Below are positions 57,965 through 64,000 of a DNA stretch of 64,000 nucleotides, one piece after another (position 1 is the stretch's first letter; each line of letters begins with the position of its first letter). Under the pieces are notes generated by a model that had not been told where the DNA came from, ran no database searches, and saw only the letters and a list, made by a program, of their open reading frames with translations. The translations under genes and the position numbers were made by a program. The DNA lies in contig CAMTOJ010000002.1 of the NCBI GenBank assembly GCA_947074145.1, positions 40,742 to 104,741 on the forward strand. The letters are read 5' to 3'. The DNA comes from an uncultured Bacteroidales bacterium. Lineage in GTDB: Bacteria > Bacteroidota > Bacteroidia > Bacteroidales > JAUNSR01.

Positions 57965-59146
57965 ATGATTTTGTTTTTAGAGATAACCTTTTGGATTTCA
58001 ATTATTATTATATTCTATACTTATATAGGATATGGTATGATATTGTATATTATGGTTAAGCTCAAGGAGATAAGTTTAAAGGGGGACAAAATAAAAACTG
58101 AAGATGATAAATTACCATCTATAACTCTTCTTATTGCAGCCTTTAATGAGGCTTCTATAATAGAGGAAAAGATGAAGAATTGTTATTCTCTAAAATACCC
58201 AAAGGATAAATTTCAAATATTATGGGTAACAGATGGTAGTACAGATAATTCTAATGAAATATTGAAAAGATATCAGGATGTCAGAGTCTGTTTTTCTCCT
58301 GAAAGAAAGGGAAAGACTGCAGCATTGAATCATGGTATGAAGATGGTTCAAACAGAATTTGTAGCTTTTACTGATGCCAATACAATTCTCAATGAAAACG
58401 CAATTTTAGAGATAGCCAAATGTTTTAGGGATGAAAAAGTTGGATGTGTCGCGGGAGAAAAAAGAATAGTGGTTCAGAATGAAGATGGAGCGTCCGCCGG
58501 TGGAGAGGGTTTATACTGGAAATATGAATCTAAACTTAAAGAATTAGATTCACGATTATATTCAGCTGTAGGAGCAGCCGGAGAATTGTTTGCAATAAAA
58601 AGATCCTTATACATTGAAATGTCAGAAGACACTCTTCTTGATGATTTCATGCTTTCAATGCTTATCGCAGAACAAGGTTACGTGATACGATATTGTGCAG
58701 AGGCTTATGCTTGTGAAACAGGATCGGTTGATCTTTTTAATGAACAAAAAAGAAAAGTTAGAATTGCCGCAGGTGGGTTACAGTCTATATGGAGATTAAA
58801 ATCTCTCTTTAATTTTTTCAAATATGGAGTTCTTAGTTTTGAATATATATCACATCGAGTTTTGAGATGGACTATCACGCCAATCTTATTTTTCTTGGCT
58901 TTACCTATAAACATTCTACTATCATTAACTGTCAATTCCAGAATATATTGGATATTATTGATGTTTCAGACTATATTTTATATAATAGCATATGTTGGTT
59001 ATTGTCTGAGAAATAAACAAGTTAAAAGAAAAAGTATATATGTGCCATTGTATTTTCTTTTTATGAATTTAAATGTTATAAAAGGAATTGGATACTTAAC
59101 AAAAAATAAAGGCAAAGGTAGCTGGGAAAAAGCAAAAAGGATTTAA
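57965..59146 (+). CDS. Membrane-embedded family-2 glycosyltransferase (synthase-like topology)
   Basis: 393 aa. N-terminal TM, GT-A core 'ITLLIAAFNE', 'DGSTDNS', 'FTDANT', 'GAAGELFAIKR', 'LDDF', then 3-4 C-terminal TM helices. The QxxRW position reads 'EQKRKVRI' (degenerate). Confidence 0.85.
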   Translation: MILFLEITFWISIIIIFYTYIGYGMILYIMVKLKEISLKGDKIKTEDDKLPSITLLIAAFNEASIIEEKMKNCYSLKYPKDKFQILWVTDGSTDNSNEILKRYQDVRVCFSPERKGKTAALNHGMKMVQTEFVAFTDANTILNENAILEIAKCFRDEKVGCVAGEKRIVVQNEDGASAGGEGLYWKYESKLKELDSRLYSAVGAAGELFAIKRSLYIEMSEDTLLDDFMLSMLIAEQGYVIRYCAEAYACETGSVDLFNEQKRKVRIAAGGLQSIWRLKSLFNFFKYGVLSFEYISHRVLRWTITPILFFLALPINILLSLTVNSRIYWILLMFQTIFYIIAYVGYCLRNKQVKRKSIYVPLYFLFMNLNVIKGIGYLTKNKGKGSWEKAKRI

Positions 59147-59169
59147 TTCAAGTAAAAGAAACAATATAA

Positions 59170-60591
59170 ATGAGTTCAAAAAAACAAGTTGCAAAAGGTG
59201 TATTTTGGAGTGCAATAGAGCGTTTTTCAGTACAAGGATCGAGCTTTGTATTGGGAATTATAATTGCACGTTTACTTGATCCAAAAGATTATGCACTGAT
59301 TGCTATGTTAAATATTTTTATGGCACTGGCACAATCAGTAATTGATAGTGGATTTGCAAATGCCTTAATTCAAAAAAAGAACAGGACTAATACTGATTAC
59401 ACGACAGTCTTTTACTTTAATATTGCAGTGTCAGTTTGTTTATATTTATTACTATATATTTGTTCTCCTTTTATTTCTGATTTTTATAATCAACCGGAAC
59501 TTGATCTCATAACCAAAGTTGTTGGTATATCATTAATTATTAATTCCTTCGGTATTGTTCAACAGGCAAAGCTTACCATAGAACTGGATTTTAAACGACA
59601 GGCCAAAGCTTCATTAACAGCTGTCATAATAGGTGGAGTTATCGGCTTTATATTTGCTTATAAGGGATTTGGGGTTTGGGCACTTGTAATTCAATCTCTT
59701 TCAAACAATCTTATTAAGGTTTTATTATATTGGATATACGCTAAGTGGAAACCTATGTTGACTTTTTCATATAGTTCGTTTAAGGAATTATTCGCTTTTG
59801 GTTCTAAACTCTTAGCCTCAGGGTTACTACACACAATATATGTAAATTTATATACTTTAATAATCGGTAAAAGATTCAGTCCGATAGATCTTGGTTTTTA
59901 TAACCGAGCGTTTGTATTTGCACAGTTTCCATCCAATAATATAACTAATATACTGATACGTGTCATTTATCCAATACAATGTAATATTCAAGATGAGAAA
60001 GAACTTTTGGAATCATCGTTTGTGAAATATATGAAAATGTCATGTTACATTATATTTCCAATGATGTTGGGTCTATGCGCTATAGCGGAACCTTTGGTCA
60101 GAATATTATTGACAGACAAATGGCTTGGTATAGTTCCGTTGTTAAGGATTTTATGCATTGCTTTTATGTGGGACCCAGTAATGAGGCTAAATAACAGTAT
60201 ACTTCAGGTAAAAAAACGTTCTGATTATACTTTATATGCAGAGATTCTAAAAAAAATATGTGCTTTTATAATTCTTTTTATAACCATAAATTGGGATGTT
60301 AAAGTGATGTGTATAGGTCTTGTTCTTTACGCCATTATTGATGTTGCAATTATCATATTTTTTTCTCGTAAAGTAATAAATACGGGATATATTGATCAGG
60401 TTATACATATTTTACCAATTTTGGTATTATCTGCTTTTACGGCAACCGTAATGTATCTAACAACTTTGTTTTTTACTGATCCCTTTATCCAATTAACAGT
60501 TGCTCTATTAATAGGCATTATAATCTTTTTTTTAATGTCTACGATATTCAGATTTCAACAATTAACTATATTAAGAGAGTTGCGACAATAA
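59170..60591 (+). CDS. Wzx-type polysaccharide flippase (MOP superfamily)
   Basis: 473 aa, ~12-14 TM. N-terminal 'AKGVFWSAIERFSVQGSSFVLGIIIARLLDPKDYALIAM' is typical of PST/Wzx proteins. Confidence 0.85.
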   Translation: MSSKKQVAKGVFWSAIERFSVQGSSFVLGIIIARLLDPKDYALIAMLNIFMALAQSVIDSGFANALIQKKNRTNTDYTTVFYFNIAVSVCLYLLLYICSPFISDFYNQPELDLITKVVGISLIINSFGIVQQAKLTIELDFKRQAKASLTAVIIGGVIGFIFAYKGFGVWALVIQSLSNNLIKVLLYWIYAKWKPMLTFSYSSFKELFAFGSKLLASGLLHTIYVNLYTLIIGKRFSPIDLGFYNRAFVFAQFPSNNITNILIRVIYPIQCNIQDEKELLESSFVKYMKMSCYIIFPMMLGLCAIAEPLVRILLTDKWLGIVPLLRILCIAFMWDPVMRLNNSILQVKKRSDYTLYAEILKKICAFIILFITINWDVKVMCIGLVLYAIIDVAIIIFFSRKVINTGYIDQVIHILPILVLSAFTATVMYLTTLFFTDPFIQLTVALLIGIIIFFLMSTIFRFQQLTILRELRQ

Positions 60592-60649
60592 TTTTTGTAT
60601 TATATCTTATTAATAACCTTATGTTTATTAGAAACTAAAAAAAGTGGAG

Positions 60650-61324
60650 ATGCAAAAAAAGAAAATAGTAATATTAACGGGAGCCGGGATCAGTGCAGAA
60701 AGTGGACTTTCAACATTCAGAGCTCAAGACGGATTATGGGCAAATTATCGGATAGAAGATGTTGCCAGTATAGAGGGCTGGAATAAAGATAAAAAGCTTA
60801 TCATCGATTTTTATAATAAGCGACGTCGAGAACTGAAAGATGTTATACCTAATGATGCTCATAAGTTATTAGTTGAACTGGAGGAAAAATATGACGTAAC
60901 AATTATAACTCAAAATGTTGATGATTTACATGAAAGAGCAGGTTCTTCAGAAATAATTCATCTTCATGGAGAATTAACTAAAGCCTCAGATGAATATAAG
61001 TCTGTTGTAAACGAAATTGGTTACACTGATATTAATATAGGAGATACTATTAATAATACACAGGCACGACCATGGATAGTTTGGTTTGGAGAAGAGGTTC
61101 CTGAAATGGAAAGAGCTATTGAAAAGGTTGAATCTGCAGATTTATTCATTGTAATTGGAACTTCATTAATGGTTTATCCGGCGGCATCATTACTTAGTTT
61201 TGTTAAACGGGATGCGAAGATCTATTTAATAGATATTAATGAGGTTAGAATCAATAGAGAATATGTATTTATTAACACAAAAGCCTCAGATGGTGTAAAA
61301 CAATTAATAGCCGCTCTTTGTTAA
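60650..61324 (+). CDS. cobB: Sir2-family NAD-dependent protein deacylase (CobB-like), lacking Zn-ribbon cysteines
   Basis: 'IVILTGAGISAESGLSTFR', 'DGLW', 'IITQNVDDLHERAG', catalytic 'HLHGEL', 'FIVIGTSLMVYPAA'. The only Cys is the last residue. ATG 60650 preferred over GTG 60644. Confidence 0.8.
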   Translation: MQKKKIVILTGAGISAESGLSTFRAQDGLWANYRIEDVASIEGWNKDKKLIIDFYNKRRRELKDVIPNDAHKLLVELEEKYDVTIITQNVDDLHERAGSSEIIHLHGELTKASDEYKSVVNEIGYTDINIGDTINNTQARPWIVWFGEEVPEMERAIEKVESADLFIVIGTSLMVYPAASLLSFVKRDAKIYLIDINEVRINREYVFINTKASDGVKQLIAALC

Positions 61325-61568
61325 GAATGAATCTTATATAGTATTAGTTATGAAAAAATAAGTTCAAAAAGATGATTAAAAATTATTACTGAAACTGTAA
61401 AAGTTATTATTCAAAGATTAAAATATTAATTTTGAAAAGGTTATACCCTGAAGTAATGATTAGTTTATGTGATTTGATTTGTTTTGTGATTGTAATAAGA
61501 TTGAATAAATGTCAAAAAAGGAGATGTCGCATTTGAGGATAATAAAAATAAATTTCTTACAAGTATAG

Positions 61569-62408
61569 ATGCTTATGACAAAAATTATAATATTTCTTTT
61601 TGCTTTATTATTGTTTGTGCCTTCATGGTCTCAGAACAATAAGAATAATCCTGTTGGTTTTATTGATAATAATGTAACCATTGAACAGGATACTATAACT
61701 CATAAGGAATTTGATTTCGGACAAGGTTATAATGCTTCTGATTCTGTTAAAACTTTGACGACAGATCAGGTAAAGCTAAAATTGCCACCATTACAAGTTT
61801 TTTTAGAATCGGTTTATGATCATCCTTCTACTCAGGTTTATGAAACAAAGAGGGCAGAACAGAATGCGCAGACAAAAATTACGAGAGCCGATTGGTTGAA
61901 TTATTTAAGAATAACTGGTCAATATCAATATGGTCAGTGGTCTAGTTTATCTACAAGTTCAGCCACAGATATTCCTTTATATTATACGGGAAGCGGAAAG
62001 AGACAACATATGTATAATGTAGGAGTCGTTTTATCTATCCCCTTAGGAGACTTATTTGAAATACGACAAAAGAACAAAATAGAAAATGCAAAACTAAGGC
62101 AAATCGAATATGAATATGATATATCTGTAGAGGAACGAAAACTAAAAGTACTTGAAGCATATAATGAAGTTGTTTTACAATTGGCAGTGCTTAAAGCAAA
62201 GGCAGATGCTGCAGCATTATATAATGCCCAAATGAAGATATCGGAACAAGATTTTATAAATGGAAAAATTTCCATTATAGAACTTTCTCTTGAAAGAAGT
62301 CGACGCTCGGATGCGATAGTAAAATATCAGGAAGGCAGAGCGGCTTTGCAAAACTCAATAACTTTATTAGAAATGTTAACCAATGTAAGAGTATTAAATC
62401 GTGAATAA
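61569..62408 (+). CDS. Half-size TolC/OEP-like outer-membrane protein
   Basis: 279 aa with signal peptide. Single OEP-type repeat: 'L.L..FLESVYDHPSTQVYETKRAEQNAQTKI', beta segment 'GVVLSIPLGDL', long coiled-coil 'ERKLKVLEAYNEVVLQLAVLKAKADAA...', 'ELSLERSRRSDAIVKYQEGRAALQNSITLLEMLT'. Confidence 0.6.
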   Translation: MLMTKIIIFLFALLLFVPSWSQNNKNNPVGFIDNNVTIEQDTITHKEFDFGQGYNASDSVKTLTTDQVKLKLPPLQVFLESVYDHPSTQVYETKRAEQNAQTKITRADWLNYLRITGQYQYGQWSSLSTSSATDIPLYYTGSGKRQHMYNVGVVLSIPLGDLFEIRQKNKIENAKLRQIEYEYDISVEERKLKVLEAYNEVVLQLAVLKAKADAAALYNAQMKISEQDFINGKISIIELSLERSRRSDAIVKYQEGRAALQNSITLLEMLTNVRVLNRE

Positions 62409-64000
62409 AGATATTACATTATATATAGCACAGTTTTTATATCGAATAAGATATAAAATCTTTTTTGGAAGTTTAATAGTCACTTTATTAGTGGCTTACT
62501 TTTCAAAGTTTATACCTCATAAATATACTGTTCAAACCTCCATTTATACCGGTATAGTTTCAGCAACAGGTGTTGCCGATGAAAAACTAGGTTTTTTTGA
62601 AATTAATAATATGTTTGAAAATATTATTAATCTAACTAAAGCTAAAGGTACGCTTGAGTCTGTTTCGATAAGGCTATTTGCAACTAATATGGTAAATGGC
62701 AATTTGAATGAAGATAATTTATATATAAAAGCTGATCAATACAAAGAGTTATTAGATATAGTTCCATTAGATGTGAAAGATATGATAGATCCCACATCTT
62801 TAGAGAAAAGTATTGGTAATCTTGAACGTTATAAAAAAGAAATACCAGGTAATTTCTTATTTACTTTATTCAATTATAATCATCCTCATTATAGCTATAA
62901 GGCATTACGGGAAGTACAGGTTAAACGTGTAGGTAATAGTGATATTATTGATATTTCATATACCGCTGATGATCCGGGAATAGCACTAAGTACTGTTAAA
63001 TTATTGACAGAAGAATTGACTAATGCATATGAAGGGTTTAAATATAAAGCCTCGAATGATGTTGTTTCATATTATGAGGAACAATTGTCAATAGTTAAGA
63101 GAAAACTGAATATACTAGAGAATGATCTTACTAATTATAATGTTGAGAATGGCGTAATAAACTATTTAGAACAGACAAAAGCAATTGCCATATCATTTAC
63201 AGAATATGAGAATAAGGTAAGTTTAGCTAAGCAAGAGTATGAAAGTTCTTCTAAAATACTGAACGAACTTGATCGTCAAATGGGTATAAGGGCTAATTTG
63301 ATGAGATCTAATGCTGATTTTGTATCTATGTTAGACACTTTATCGACAAACAATGCTAAGATTGCAGAAATTGAGATGTTTAGTACAAACGAAGCAATCG
63401 AAAAAAACGATGAATTAAAACGATTTAAAAACGAACTTACCGGAACAGAAAAGAGAATTTCAAGGATATCTGACGATATGAATAAATATAAAATATCGAA
63501 AGAGGGTGTCGCTATTGAAGATATGGTAAACCAATGGTTGAAGGAATTGGTTAGAAATGTAAAAGCTAAGGCAGAGCTTAAGGTTTTAAATGATCGAAAA
63601 GCTCAATATGCCGAACAATATAGAGCTTATTCCCCCGTAGGAGCAGAGATAAATAAAAGAGAAAGAGAGATTCGAGTTACGGAAGAGTCTTATCTGGAGA
63701 TACTTCACGCATTAAATCTAGCCAAATTAAAGCAAAAAAATATACAACTTTCAACTGCAACTTTAAATGTTGTCTCACAACCTGTCTATCCTTTATCTGA
63801 TGATGGAAGCAAGAGAATGTTGTTGATAATTGCAGCATTTATAGGTAGTGTCTTTTTCATAGTCTTTATTCATCTAATCATAGAATTACTTGATAGAACA
63901 TTAAGGGATCCAAACAGAACCATGAGATTAACATCAACTCCTGTTTTGAGTATTTTTACAGGATCCGATGAATTAAAATATCGTGGATACTCTAAAGCTT
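62402..64000 (+). CDS. Polysaccharide co-polymerase (Wzz/GumC/Wzc-like), 5' part, runs off the window
   Basis: Not in the supplied ORF track because it has no stop. My translation from GTG 62402 is open to nt 64000 (533 codons). N-terminal TM 'FFGSLIVTLLVAYF', Wzz-like 'YTVQTSIYTG', 'VGNSDIIDISYTADDPGIALSTV', long coiled coil, second TM 'LLIIAAFIGSVFFIVFIHLIIELLDRTLRD'. The start overlaps the upstream stop. The start codon is uncertain because no ATG lies nearby. Confidence 0.75.

Noticed and set aside
60595-60786. 63-aa ORF overlapping the sirtuin start
   Set aside because: It is out of frame with, and largely inside, the well-supported Sir2 CDS.
60650-61324. Sir2 gene considered as an anti-phage NADase (Thoeris ThsA / DSR / Sir2-HerA type)
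   Set aside because: It is short (about 225 aa) and single-domain, with canonical deacylase motifs. It has no SLOG, TIR, HerA or helicase partner, and its context is a polysaccharide operon.
1-64000. Scan for tRNA/rRNA genes, IS elements, integrases, CRISPR arrays and toxin-antitoxin pairs
   Set aside because: I found nothing convincing by eye: no T-loop/acceptor-like GC-rich segments, no transposase/integrase-like ORFs, and no spaced direct repeats. A proper tRNAscan/Infernal/ISfinder run would be needed to exclude small elements.

Overview
AT-rich chromosomal window from a Bacteroidota (Bacteroidales-like) genome. This is supported by SusC/SusD pairs, BACON domains, many lipoproteins with acidic residues after the lipobox Cys, and T9SS C-terminal sorting domains. 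I found no rRNA, tRNA, CRISPR array, transposase or integrase. Housekeeping genes (rsmD, cls, hisS, pepT, miaA, purU, pepD, rsmA/ksgA, mgtE, an MsbA-like ABC exporter) are interspersed with accessory blocks. (1) 2956-16269: a seven-gene SusC/SusD operon whose five downstream genes are surface-lipoprotein candidates carrying BACON and leucine-rich-repeat domains, with no enzyme and no regulator. (2) 21565-25093: two tandem paralogous lipoproteins with a conserved N-terminal scaffold and unrelated Cys-rich C-terminal regions. (3) 28325-32019: an ars operon built only from organoarsenical and redox components, including an ArsN-ArsC fusion and ArsP, with no As(III) pump. (4) 33494-36808: an AraC regulator, a T9SS-secreted CotH-ricin protein and a gene remnant. 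(5) 38331-42888: my best candidate for an undescribed system. It is an operon of an HPr-kinase-like P-loop protein, a SipW-like peptidase, a PqqD-like RRE, an NTP_transf_5 nucleotidyltransferase and an ABC exporter. This resembles the tailoring half of a lasso-peptide cluster but lacks the cyclase, the B2 protease and any visible precursor. (6) 48089-52774: a triple jelly-roll T9SS protein and an LruC-domain lipoprotein. (7) 53064-64000: an exopolysaccharide locus with an embedded sensor-less phosphorelay, a pseudo-receiver-fused priming transferase, a Zn-ribbon-less sirtuin, and a half-size TolC-like protein coupled to a Wzc-like co-polymerase. All family assignments come from reading motifs by eye; no searches were run.
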